This document shows, piece by piece, positions 48,504 to 59,000 of a DNA stretch of 62,143 bases. The position numbers were made by a program, and so were the translations under genes. The stretch's first letter is position 1. Each line of letters opens with the position of its first letter. Under the pieces are notes generated by a model, which searched no databases, was not told where the DNA came from, and saw nothing but the letters and a program-made list of their open reading frames with translations. Location: the NCBI GenBank assembly GCA_946541275.1, contig CAMNJH010000001.1:1-62143 (forward strand), given 5' to 3'. Origin of the DNA: an uncultured Prevotellaceae bacterium (lineage in GTDB: Bacteria; Bacteroidota; Bacteroidia; Bacteroidales; Bacteroidaceae).

Positions 48504-51209
48504 ATGATGAGAAAATATTGTGTTGGAAGCACTCTTCTTGCTCTTAGCCTGAGTTTGCTCACCTTGGTCGCCGTGGCCCAGCCCGTCTCCGTGGCCGGAT
48601 TGTTCCCGCTGGAGGGCAGTGGGCGTCAAGTCTATCAATTCAATGAGGGATGGCGCTTCTGCCTGGGCGATGTGGCTGGAGCTGAGGCCGTAGCCTTCGA
48701 CGATGCCCAGTGGGAGGTGGTCACGGCGCCCCACAGCGTACAGCTGGCGCCTGCCGACGTCAGTGGCTGCCGCAACTATCAGGGCGTGTGCTGGTACAGG
48801 AAGCACTTCCGGGTGCCCCAGGAGCTGGCTGGACGTCTGGTCACCGTCCATTTTGAGGCCATCATGGGCAAGCAGCAAGTCTACGTGAACGGGCGCCTGG
48901 TGGGTGAGTATCGCGGTGGCTATCTGCCTGTGATTATCAATTTGACGCAGGCGGGCGTGCAGGCGGGCGACGAGTGCCTCATAGCCGTGAAGGCCGACAA
49001 TAGCGATGACAAGAGCTATCCGCCAGGCAAGCTGCAGGCGCAGCTGGACTTCGCCTACCATGGCGGCATGTACCGCGACGTGTGGCTTATCGGTCGCTCG
49101 GCAGTTCACATCAGCGACCCGCTGGAGCGGGGGCAGGTGGCCGGGGGCGGCGTGTTCGTGCATTTTGACAATATCAGCGACCGCAGTGCCGATGTCTTCA
49201 TCGACGTGGAAGTGGGGAAGGCCCTTTCCCAGCTGCTCCCCGCAGGAAGGGGAGTGGCATCCGCCCAGGTGGCCGCCGTCATTAAGGATGCTGACGGTAA
49301 ACTGGTCAAAACCTTGAAGCAGAAAGTCAGGCTGGGCGACGGAGCCTATCAGACGGCGCGGCTGAGCACCACTATCAGGAACCCACGCTTGTGGTCGCCT
49401 GAAGATCCCTATCTCTACACCGTGGAACTGCGGGTCTCCGCTCCCTCAACAGGTGGGGCCATGGCTAGCAGTGCCGATGGCGGCATGGTGCGCATGGGCA
49501 TCAGGAAGGCAGAATTCCGTGGACGCGACGGATTCTGGCTGAACGGCAAGCCCTACCATCAGTTGGTGGGCGGCAACCGCCACCAGGACTTTGCCTACGT
49601 GGGCAATGCGCTGCCCAACTCGCAGCAGTGGCGCGATGTGTTGAGGCTGAAGAACGCTGGCTTCACCATTATCCGTGCTGCCCACTATCCGCAGGACCCT
49701 GCCTTCATGGATGCCTGCGACGAGCTGGGCCTGTTCGTCATTGTGCCCACGCCGGGCTGGCAGTACTGGAACAAAGACCCGCAGTGGGGCGAGTTGGTGC
49801 ACCAGAACACGCGTCTCATCATCCGCCGCGACCGCAACCACCCCTCGGTACTCATGTGGGAGCCCATCCTCAATGAAACGCGCTATCCCAAGGACTTCGC
49901 TCTGAAGGCACTGCAGATAACGCGCGATGAATTTCCGTGGCCTGGCCGTCCCGTGGCTGCCGCCGACCTGAATTCAGAGGGCGTGAAGGACAACTACGAC
50001 GTGGTCTATGACTGGGCCTACAATGTTCCCGCCGTGGCGGGGCAGGGGGCCGATGCCCAGGGCGACTATGCTAACGGCAAGTGCGTGTTCACCCGTGAAT
50101 GGGGTGAGTACGTGGACGACTGGTATGCCCACAATGCCATCAACCGCGCTGCCCGGGGGTGGGGTGAGCAGGCCATGCTGGCAGCAGCCCTCTCGCTGAC
50201 CGATACCTACGGCATGATGTTCCGGGGGCAGCGCCAGTTCATAGGCGGTTGCCAGTGGCATCCCTTCGACCACCAGCGCGGCTATCATCCTGATGCCTAC
50301 GTGGGCGGCATCTATGATGCCTTCCGACAGAAGAAGTATGCCTACGAGGCCTTCAGAGCTCAGCTGCCCGCCCAGGCTGATGCCGCCGCACCTTCGCCCA
50401 TTGCGCCCATAGGGCCCTATCTGTACATTGCTCACGAGATGACACCCTTCTCGCCGAATGACGTCACCATTTTCAGCAACTGCGACAGCGTCAGGCTGAC
50501 GGCACTCAGCGGCTGGAAGACCATGACCCTGCCAGTGGCCCACGATGCTGCCGGCATGCCCTGTGCCCCCGTGGTGTTCAAGGACTGCTGGGACTTCTGG
50601 CAGGCTCGCAACCTCAGCTACACGCAGCGCAACTGGCAGGGCGTGAAGCTGGTGGCCGAGGGAATCATTGGTGGTCAGGTGGTGTGCAGAGAGGAGAAGA
50701 TGCCTTCACGCCGTTCCACGAAGCTGCGCCTGCAAGCCGATGAGATGGGCAGAAAGCTGGTGGCCGATGGTTCTGACTTCATCGTAGTGGTGGCTGAGGT
50801 GACCGACGACAATGGCAACGTGCGCCGGCTGGCCCGCGAGCACATCAGCTTCACCGTGGAGGGCGAGGGCACCATCATTGGCGATGCCTCAATCATGGCC
50901 AATCCACGACAGGTGGAGTGGGGCAGTGCACCCGTGCTGGTGCGCAGTACCCATCAGGCAGGCCCCATCCGCATCATTGCCCGAGCCACCTTTGAGGGCA
51001 CCCACGCGCCCACAGCCGATACGCTCACCATTGAGAGCATACCCACCCCCATGGCCCAGTGCTACCAGGACGTCAGCACCACCACCCAGCGACTGGCACC
51101 TGCACACCAGGGCACCAGAACTCCAGTCAACATGATGACCGACGAGGAGCGGCGCAAGGCCTTGCGCGAGGTGGAACAGCAGCAACAGGATTTCGGCACC
51201 GCAGAATGA
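48504..51209 (+). CDS. Glycoside hydrolase family 2
   Basis: FNEGWRF, VHFEAIMG, YHGGMYRDVWL, GGNRHQD, IRAAHYPQDPAFMDACDELGL, RDRNHPSVLMWEPILNE. Confidence 0.93.
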   Translation: MMRKYCVGSTLLALSLSLLTLVAVAQPVSVAGLFPLEGSGRQVYQFNEGWRFCLGDVAGAEAVAFDDAQWEVVTAPHSVQLAPADVSGCRNYQGVCWYRKHFRVPQELAGRLVTVHFEAIMGKQQVYVNGRLVGEYRGGYLPVIINLTQAGVQAGDECLIAVKADNSDDKSYPPGKLQAQLDFAYHGGMYRDVWLIGRSAVHISDPLERGQVAGGGVFVHFDNISDRSADVFIDVEVGKALSQLLPAGRGVASAQVAAVIKDADGKLVKTLKQKVRLGDGAYQTARLSTTIRNPRLWSPEDPYLYTVELRVSAPSTGGAMASSADGGMVRMGIRKAEFRGRDGFWLNGKPYHQLVGGNRHQDFAYVGNALPNSQQWRDVLRLKNAGFTIIRAAHYPQDPAFMDACDELGLFVIVPTPGWQYWNKDPQWGELVHQNTRLIIRRDRNHPSVLMWEPILNETRYPKDFALKALQITRDEFPWPGRPVAAADLNSEGVKDNYDVVYDWAYNVPAVAGQGADAQGDYANGKCVFTREWGEYVDDWYAHNAINRAARGWGEQAMLAAALSLTDTYGMMFRGQRQFIGGCQWHPFDHQRGYHPDAYVGGIYDAFRQKKYAYEAFRAQLPAQADAAAPSPIAPIGPYLYIAHEMTPFSPNDVTIFSNCDSVRLTALSGWKTMTLPVAHDAAGMPCAPVVFKDCWDFWQARNLSYTQRNWQGVKLVAEGIIGGQVVCREEKMPSRRSTKLRLQADEMGRKLVADGSDFIVVVAEVTDDNGNVRRLAREHISFTVEGEGTIIGDASIMANPRQVEWGSAPVLVRSTHQAGPIRIIARATFEGTHAPTADTLTIESIPTPMAQCYQDVSTTTQRLAPAHQGTRTPVNMMTDEERRKALREVEQQQQDFGTAE

Positions 51210-51240
51210 GCAGGTCTTCTGGATTTGTCTTTCACCTCCA

Positions 51241-51751
51241 TACGCGCGCGTATATTTCGCGCGAGAGAAAGTGCTACAAGTGCTACTGGCAGTGATAACT
51301 GGCTGATGTCGTGGCGCTTACGGGTGCAAATTGACCTCTCAGAAGTGCTACCGAAAATGCTACAGGTGCTACCGGACAGAAAATGGCGGCGAGATTTTCC
51401 AAAAAGTCAACGAGATTTTTCAAAAAGTCAACGAGATTTTCCAAAAAGTCAACGAGATTTTTCAAAACGGCGCCGCCGTTTTTCAAAAAGTCGACGCCAT
51501 TTTCTGAAAAGTCGGCGCCGCATGAAAATTTCCCGATGAGACATATAGAAAAGTCGTTCCGCTACTTTTCTATATGTCTCATTTCTGCACAAAAGCACAT
51601 AAATGCGCAACTGGCAGCTCACCCCTACCAGTAGTGTTTCCAGTAGCATTTTTCAAAAATCAATATGCACCCGCAAATGGTTGTTATTCAGTGTGTTACA
51701 ACCGATAGTAGCACTTGTAGCACTTTTTTCTGCCCTTTATCCCGCGCGCGT
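51241..51751. mobile_element. TGCTAC-arm palindromic intergenic element, copy C (inverted relative to copy A)
   Basis: gtgctacaagtgctactgg 51271-51289, mirrored agtagcacttgtagcac ~51707-51723; six 21-bp units 51390-51515; 19-bp hairpin 51536-51582; collinear with the reverse complement of 9658-10111. Confidence 0.72.
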
Positions 51752-51955
51752 TAGGCATCAACATAGATGATACGCACTTTGTGGCAACAGCAATATCATT
51801 GCCTCTTTGAAACAGCATTGAATGTTGCAGAAATTGCACCGGTTTTCACGCTTGCGTGCGATTGCATATAGGAAAGAAAAGTGAGCAAAACCGCCTTTTC
51901 AGTTAATAAAACATAAAATTCGGGAATGACAAGGGCTAGTTACACGCAAAAATAC

Positions 51956-51963
51956 TACCTTTG
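51956..51963 (+). promoter_or_regulatory. -7 promoter box for the 798-aa gene
   Basis: TACCTTTG ~52 bp upstream of ATG 52015. Confidence 0.65.
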
Positions 51964-52014
51964 CGACGAAATGTGCAAACTAACAATACTTAATAAACAA
52001 ATCTTTTTAAGCTT

Positions 52015-54411
52015 ATGAAGAAATTATTTACTCTGATCACCTTGTTCTGCGCTGCCCTGGGTATGCAGGCTCAAGGAAAGTTTGCCCTGGATGATACGTA
52101 TACTGTTATCGCCGCAGGTTCAAACTACACCACCGTGCCCAACATCACGCTGACTATTGGCGTGGAAGGCGAGAATGACTATGAGGCCCCCTCTGCTGAT
52201 TCGCATGTGGAGGGCTACACTCACTACACCAAGGGTAACGGTGTGAATGGTAAGGAAGAAAGTGGCACGCAGTACAGCCTGAAGCCTGCCAAGAATGGTA
52301 AGGTGAGCGTGGCCGTGGTGCTCAATGCCAACAAGGCTTTCTTTGTGACTGAGGATGGTACCGCCCTCGCTAACTTTGATGGTATCAAGGTGGAGGAGAA
52401 GTACTACGGAACCTATGAGTTCGATGTGAAGGCCGGCAAGACCTACAGAGTCTACTGCACTGGTTCGAAGCTGGGCTTCTATGGCTTTGAGTACACTGTG
52501 AGCGATGATGGTGGGCAGGGTGATGACCCCGTTGTGCCTACCAACAGTGAGGTGTACGATGCCATCGTTGACGGTCATCTGGCTGCTGAGTTCGCAGCTG
52601 TGTCGGGTGCTGACGGCGGCGTGGCCAACAACATCGCCGATGGCAAGTCCATCGTTGTCATCAATGCCGGCAAGGCCACTGTGACCGCCGTGGGCGGCAC
52701 TACTCCTGCCAACGACCAGGAGATTGGCGGTGCTGCTCAGCAGATAGTACCCGGTGCTGCCGTTGAGGGTAAGGAGAATACCTACGAGGTGGCCGAGGTC
52801 AAGGCATGGAACGACATCAACTGGGGCCTGAAGAACCAGGGCGACATTGACTTCTGGTACATCACCGGAACGGGCAACCCCTATGTGAAAATGTATGCCA
52901 AGCAGAACAGCAAGGACGGCGAGCTGGTGGAAGGCAGCTATTCAGCTGACTACGTGTACTACGAGCCCGATGGCTCCATGGGCTTGCCTATCACTGGTCT
53001 GTACTACAAGTTCACCGCCACCGCTCAGGGTGCCTTCAAGGTGAAGGTGTGGGCCAACAAGGGTAACCGCAAGACCTTCGTGGTGAATGCATCGACCAAG
53101 AAGGCTGAGCGCCTGCTGGCTTCTGGCTACATCAATGGCGTGAACGACGAGAGCGGCAAGAAGAAGCTGCTCACCGTGGAGCAGGTTGACTCCGTGCACC
53201 ATCAGTACATCTATGGCAGCTATGAGGCTGCCGTGGCCGCTGGCGAGAAGACTGCCGAGGAACTGGAGCAGATGAAGGCCGACGCCGACGCCATGGCCGT
53301 GGAGCGCCAGTATGTGATTGGCAATGGCAACCAGAACTTCTGGGGCTGGCTGACCTTTGATGTGGAGCCCGGCGAAGAGTACTGGGTGTTCCAGCACAGC
53401 TCGCAGATTGGCTTCGGTGGATTTGAGTTCCACGAGGGTGTCACTGCCGATGACCTGATCAATGGTATTGAGGCCGCTTACGTCTACACCACCAACTTCT
53501 CCACCTACGAGGATGAAGCCACTGGTGAGCGCGTCACCTGGAAGGGTGAGAAGGCTGTAGGTGCAGGACAGTTCGTCAGCACCGAAGAGGAAGGCGCCAT
53601 CTTTGGCGACTACTATCAGAACGTTCCCGGAACGGCTCCTCGCCAGAACTACTGCCTGCTGCCTGAGGATGTGCTGGCTCACTCGGCCAAGACGCATGCC
53701 CTGACCATTGCTTTCTGGGTGAGCGCTGAGGGCTACACTCCTGAGCAGTACACCTACGCTCCCTTCTTCACTGCCTACGAGCAGCAGAACAGCGTGAACA
53801 CATTCCCCATGATGGCACTGCAGAGCCGCGGCAATGTGCAGGTGAACAACAACGGTTGGTGTGACTTCACCGGCGAACAGCATGTGGACGGCAAGGTGAA
53901 CATCTACAACACCAATGCCTGGGAGGCCAACGACCCCGCTTTCAATTCTGCCGGCAACTGGCTGGCTGACCAGAAGTGGCACTACTTCACTGCCGTCTTC
54001 ACTGATAAGAACGTGAAGACCTATCTGGACGGCCAGGTGAAGAACGAGTGGAACCTGGATGGCGAGTCAATCGGTCAGCAGCTGGGTGGCTTCTTCGACA
54101 ATGGCGCCGCGCTGAAGTATGTCTGCCTTGGTGGTAACCAGGCTTGGGACTGGGGTGATCTCGACTCTCCCTTCCGCTTTGCTCGCCTGCTCATCAAGAA
54201 CAGCGCCATGAGCACTGGTGAGGTGAACGCTCAGATGAAGGTTGACTTCCCCGGATGCGTGGAGTACTGGGCTTCCAGTCAGGAGGACGCCATCACCAGC
54301 ATTCAGCAGCAGCCTGTTGACGCAGCTGTCTACAGCCTCTCGGGCCAGAAGGTGGATGCCGGCTATAAGGGCATCGTCATCAAGAGCGGTAAGAAGTTCT
54401 TCAACAAGTAA
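52015..54411 (+). CDS. Secreted multidomain protein: CBM-like modules, LamG/concanavalin-like domain, T9SS-type C-terminus
   Basis: Signal peptide MQAQ; LTIAFWV...KWHYFTAVF...KTYLDGQ (LamG-like); C-terminus VYSLSGQKV...KGIVIKSGKKFFNK. Confidence 0.8.
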   Translation: MKKLFTLITLFCAALGMQAQGKFALDDTYTVIAAGSNYTTVPNITLTIGVEGENDYEAPSADSHVEGYTHYTKGNGVNGKEESGTQYSLKPAKNGKVSVAVVLNANKAFFVTEDGTALANFDGIKVEEKYYGTYEFDVKAGKTYRVYCTGSKLGFYGFEYTVSDDGGQGDDPVVPTNSEVYDAIVDGHLAAEFAAVSGADGGVANNIADGKSIVVINAGKATVTAVGGTTPANDQEIGGAAQQIVPGAAVEGKENTYEVAEVKAWNDINWGLKNQGDIDFWYITGTGNPYVKMYAKQNSKDGELVEGSYSADYVYYEPDGSMGLPITGLYYKFTATAQGAFKVKVWANKGNRKTFVVNASTKKAERLLASGYINGVNDESGKKKLLTVEQVDSVHHQYIYGSYEAAVAAGEKTAEELEQMKADADAMAVERQYVIGNGNQNFWGWLTFDVEPGEEYWVFQHSSQIGFGGFEFHEGVTADDLINGIEAAYVYTTNFSTYEDEATGERVTWKGEKAVGAGQFVSTEEEGAIFGDYYQNVPGTAPRQNYCLLPEDVLAHSAKTHALTIAFWVSAEGYTPEQYTYAPFFTAYEQQNSVNTFPMMALQSRGNVQVNNNGWCDFTGEQHVDGKVNIYNTNAWEANDPAFNSAGNWLADQKWHYFTAVFTDKNVKTYLDGQVKNEWNLDGESIGQQLGGFFDNGAALKYVCLGGNQAWDWGDLDSPFRFARLLIKNSAMSTGEVNAQMKVDFPGCVEYWASSQEDAITSIQQQPVDAAVYSLSGQKVDAGYKGIVIKSGKKFFNK

Positions 54412-54432
54412 ACTTCTCACAGATACCTTTTT

Positions 54433-54463
54433 AGCGGGTCACCAAGGCTGGTGGCCCGCTTTT
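54433..54463 (+). terminator. Rho-independent terminator
   Basis: agcgggtcacc/ggtggcccgct stem followed by T-run, 22 bp after stop 54411. Confidence 0.75.
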
Positions 54464-54530
54464 GTTGTGCCTTTTTCAACCTGCCGACGAAAAATCTCCA
54501 TAAAAATTTGCAAAATTCCCTAAGTCTTTG

Positions 54531-54538
54531 TATCTTTG
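54531..54538 (+). promoter_or_regulatory. -7 promoter box for lipoprotein-susCD-2 operon
   Basis: TATCTTTG ~50 bp upstream of ATG 54588. Confidence 0.7.
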
Positions 54539-54587
54539 CACACTAGAACAAATCAAAAAAAACAATAACTAACTTAAAGAACTTCTT

Positions 54588-56021
54588 ATGATGAAAGCTA
54601 AACATGCATTCTGCAGTGGGCTTTATGGGCTAATGGCCATGGGCTTGCTGTTATTGGCATCGTGTGCCGACCACTATGATGGCGACGAGTCATGGAGTCC
54701 GCAGGTCAAGAACTCCACGCTGCAGTCGCCCGAGGCCAAAGGCATCCAAGTCGTGTCGAGCCCCGATGGCAGCACGATGACCATCTCGTGGCCTGTCGTC
54801 TACGGAGCAGGAGGCTATTCGGTGGCGCTCTACAATGTCAACGACCCTAGCGCGCCTGTGCTGGTGAAGTCAGACACCATTGACGGATGCTCGCTCACCG
54901 CCCCCCGTGAGGAGGACACCAACTACTCTTTCTCCGTGAAGGCACTGGGCAACACGAAGTACAACAACAAGGAGGCACAGGCCACCACCGAGCTGGCGTT
55001 CACCACCTTCCTGCCCACCTATGCTGAAATTCCTGATGGCAGCGACCTGAAGGAATGGTTTGCTGCCAACCCCGTACCGCAGGACAGCACCAGCCATCTG
55101 TGCTATGACCTGGTGCCAGGCGGAAACTATACCGTGTCAGGGAATATTAACTTTGGCGGACACCAGGTGACGCTGCGCTCCAGCTCAAAAGCCACCAATG
55201 CCAATGTGAAGATGCTGGCCAGTTCCACCTTCACCACCTTTGCAGGTTTCACGCTGAAGTACCTGAACATTGATGCCGACGAGCTGAACCACAGCCTCAT
55301 CAGCTATTCCGACGAGCCCGATGATTCCATCAAGAACCTCATCGGCACGGCCAACTACTACATCGTCATGGACCCCGTGGTGGTGCAGGGATGCAACATC
55401 ACCAGGCTGGGAACCAGCATCATCGCCACCAACTCCACGAAGTACAACCTGCGCACGATGAGCATCTCCAACTGCGTGGTGGAATTCAACAAGGAAAGCA
55501 CGGGCCACAACTCGGCTGACTTCGTCTATATGAAGTCGGGCTACATCACCGACTTCACCCTGAAGAACTCAACCGTCTATTCGCCGGTACGCATCTCTAA
55601 TTATTTCATTACCCACGGCGGACGCCCGAAGGACCTGGGCGATGGTGAGCAGCGCCACGTCAGCATTGTCAGTTGCACCCTGGCCAACCTCACCTATGGC
55701 GGCAACTTCTGCAACTACCACAACGGACAGACCTATTACTACTACACGCTGCGCAACACCATCGTGCAGGACTGTGGAAAGCCCAACTTCCTCACCGGTC
55801 TGAACAAGGGCCAGTCGAGTGATAACCCCGTATGGGACGTGAACAATAACACCTGCTGGCGCGATGGCGCCGATGCCAGCGCCAGTCAGACAGGCATCAA
55901 GAATCCCGGTCTGTGGCTGACCACCGACCCTGGCATTGACCCCGCCAACGCTCAGTTTACTCCCGCTGCAGCACAGCAGGAGGCCGGGCAGGGCGACCCC
56001 AGATGGAATACCAATAATTAA
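54588..56021 (+). CDS. Surface lipoprotein, Fn3-like + DUF4957/DUF5123-like beta-helix (putative surface glycan-binding protein)
   Basis: Lipobox LLASC; ISWPVVYGAGGY (Fn3-like); beta-helix ending GQGDPRW; directly upstream of susC. Confidence 0.8.
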   Translation: MMKAKHAFCSGLYGLMAMGLLLLASCADHYDGDESWSPQVKNSTLQSPEAKGIQVVSSPDGSTMTISWPVVYGAGGYSVALYNVNDPSAPVLVKSDTIDGCSLTAPREEDTNYSFSVKALGNTKYNNKEAQATTELAFTTFLPTYAEIPDGSDLKEWFAANPVPQDSTSHLCYDLVPGGNYTVSGNINFGGHQVTLRSSSKATNANVKMLASSTFTTFAGFTLKYLNIDADELNHSLISYSDEPDDSIKNLIGTANYYIVMDPVVVQGCNITRLGTSIIATNSTKYNLRTMSISNCVVEFNKESTGHNSADFVYMKSGYITDFTLKNSTVYSPVRISNYFITHGGRPKDLGDGEQRHVSIVSCTLANLTYGGNFCNYHNGQTYYYYTLRNTIVQDCGKPNFLTGLNKGQSSDNPVWDVNNNTCWRDGADASASQTGIKNPGLWLTTDPGIDPANAQFTPAAAQQEAGQGDPRWNTNN

Positions 56022-56032
56022 CCACGCAGACT

Positions 56033-59000
56033 ATGATGAAAAAGTATATTATCACACTATGCCTCGGCGCAGCCATGAGCTTGCCTGCCTTGGCGCAGGA
56101 CAAGGTGGTGACGGGAACGGTCTACGATGAACTGGGAGAGCCTGTCATCGGAGCATCCGTCATGGTGAAAGGCACCAAAATAGGTACCATCACCGACTTT
56201 GATGGCAACTACAAGCTGACCATCCCTGAGAAAGCAAAGATTACCATTACCTATATTGGCTATGTGCCCCTGGAAACCACGGGCGGCGTGGTCAGGCTGC
56301 AGGAAGACCGCCAGTCACTGGAAGAAGTAGTGGTGGTGGGCTACGGCACGCAGAAGATGAAGAACGTGACGGGCGCCGTGGAGGCCATTGCCGCTGAAGA
56401 CCTGAAAGACCTCTCGGTGGGCAGCCTGGGCGATGCCCTCGCCGGACAGTTCAATGGTGTGAGCGTCAGCCGCGGAGCCGGTGCCTATCGCCCTGGACAG
56501 AGCCCTTCGCTGCAGATTCGTAACGCCTCGGCAAATACGTCGCAGACGCCGGGAGCCACCAATGGCGGTGACCCGAATGCCTCGCCTCTTTATGTCATTG
56601 ACGACTTCATTGCCACCGAGGACGCTTTCAACAACCTTGATGTGAGCGAGGTGGAGAGTATCACCGTGCTGAAGGATGCCGCAGCCGCCGTCTACGGTGC
56701 ACGCTCGGCCTATGGCGTGGTGCTGGTGAAGACCAAGAAGGGAAAGGCGGGCGCTCCCCGCATCTCCTACAACGGACAGCTGGGTTGGACCGATGCCATC
56801 TATACACCGAAGATGCTCAGCAGCTATGACTATGGGCGTATATGGAATGCCGTCACTGCCGCCGGAACGGCCACGAAGGACTATGTGGACAACGCCCGCG
56901 TGCTCTTCCAGGCCAACGAGCTGGAGCAGATGAAGCATCTGAACTATGACCTGCTGGACGACGAGTGGCGCTCGGCCCTCACTCATCGCCACAGCATCAA
57001 CGTCAGCGGCGGTTCTGACAATGCCACCTATTTTGCCAATGTGTCCTACTATAATCAGGACGGTAACATTGGCAAACTGGACTACGACCGCTGGAACTAC
57101 CGAGCTGGCATGAACACCAACATCGGCAAGTATGTGAAGGCAACCCTTGAGGTGAGCGGTGACTATGGCAAGAAGAACAACGCCATCATTGCCAAGGGTG
57201 GCGGCACCGACGGCGACTACAGCTATCTGATGACCCACCTGCCCTTCGTGCCCAGCTATGTGGATGGCTATCCCATTGTCTACTCGGGCATGCAGAACAC
57301 CATTCCCACCAGTGACACACGCCTGTACAATTTCCAGGCCGTGCAGAACTGTGATGACTACGTGCGCAACATGACCAACAACATGACCATCAACGGCGCA
57401 CTGACCTTCGACCTGGGATTCATCAAGGCGCTGAAGGGACTCACGGCCAAGGTGTCCTACTCCAAGACCATCAACAACTCGAAGAGCAACACCATGAAGA
57501 CCTACATGGACGTCTATATGCTCAGCCAGCGCAATGCCGAATATCCCCACCTCTATTCCTGGAGCGGACAGAACACGGCCGACTGGTACAATGCCAGCAC
57601 GCTGACCACCCTGCTGCTCAACAATGGCAGCCTGCTCAGCCGCACCATGAGCCGCTCTGACTCCTACCAGCTGAACTTCACGCTGCAGTATGCCCGCAAG
57701 TTCGGACAGCACGACTTCAGTGCACTCTATAGCCTGGAGCGCTCAGAGAACGAGTTCGAGGACCTGACGGGCGAAATCACCGACCCCGTCAGCTATACCG
57801 ACGGACAGTCCAAGTCGGCCATGGGCGAGCAGGCCACTTCCTTCGGCCGCAGCGTGGGCGGCATGCTCTCGCATGTAGGCCGCTTCAACTACGCCTATGC
57901 TGACAAATACCTGTTTGAATTCCTCTTCCGTGCTGACGGCAATGGCTCCAAGTTTGCTCCCGAAAACCGCTGGGGCTACTTCCCCAGCTTCAGCGCCGGT
58001 TGGGTGATGAGCGAGGAAGAGTGGTTCCAGAAGGCCCTGCCCTGGGTAGACTTCCTGAAGCTGCGTGGCAGCTGGGGCTATCTGGGACGCGACAACATCG
58101 TGGCTTTCCTCTGGCGCCAGCAGTATAACCGTGACTTGGACAAAGGTGCCGTCTTCGGCCAGGCATCAACGGGCACGCCCGTATCAGCCGGCTCGGTGAT
58201 GCCCGTCCGTGGCGTCAACCCCTTCGTGCACTGGGATAAGAACTACAAGACGAACTTCGGTCTTGACATGCGCTTCCTCAGGGGCCGCCTGTCAGTCGAC
58301 TTCAACTACTACTATGACCGTGGCCGTGAAATCTTCATGACCTACACCGGCACCTCCATGTTCCCCACCACCGTGGGCACACAGGCTTCGCCTGAGAACT
58401 ACGGCTCCATCGACAACTGGGGATGGGAACTGAACCTTGGCTGGCGCGACAAGATTGGCAAGGACTGGCAGTACTGGGTGAAGCTCTCCACGGGCTGGAA
58501 CGACAACAAGATCCTGGAGGGTCCCTTCCCCGCCACGCCCGAGTTTGAGAGCATCGTCAAGGGCCAGCGCATGGATCGCGGCGTCTGGGGCATGAAGTGC
58601 CTGGGCATGTTCCGCAGCTATCAGGAAATCCAGGAGTACTTCACCGAGAACAACATTACCAACTACTTTGGCAAGACCATCGACGACGTGCACCCCGGTA
58701 CCCTCATCTATGCTGATGTACATGGCGACAATGACGGCACGGGCAACTACGGCGGCCCCGACGGCAAGATTAACAACAACGACTACGTGCGCCTGTCGAA
58801 GTACAGCAGCAACCCCTACGGATTCACCATGAACTTCGGCGGCTCCTGGCGCGACTTCTCCATCACCGCCCAGCTCTCAGCCGCATGGGGTGCCTACAAC
58901 ATCGTGCAGACCGACTTCCGCAAGTCGGCCGACGATATGGAGTATCAGAACCTGCCTTCCTTCTGGCGCGATATGTACGTCTACGAGGACATCTACGATG

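Noticed and set aside
51390-51515. CRISPR array interpretation of the 21-bp repeats (also 26556-26618, 61923-62053)
   Set aside because: Units are head-to-tail with no unique spacers, and there are no cas genes in the window.
51225-51649. Small ORFs with 7-aa repeats (FSKSQRD, KKSTRFF, KVNEFLE) in elements A, B, C and E
   Set aside because: They arise from the 21-bp DNA period in several frames on both strands, and starts and stops are not conserved between copies. Treated as non-coding.
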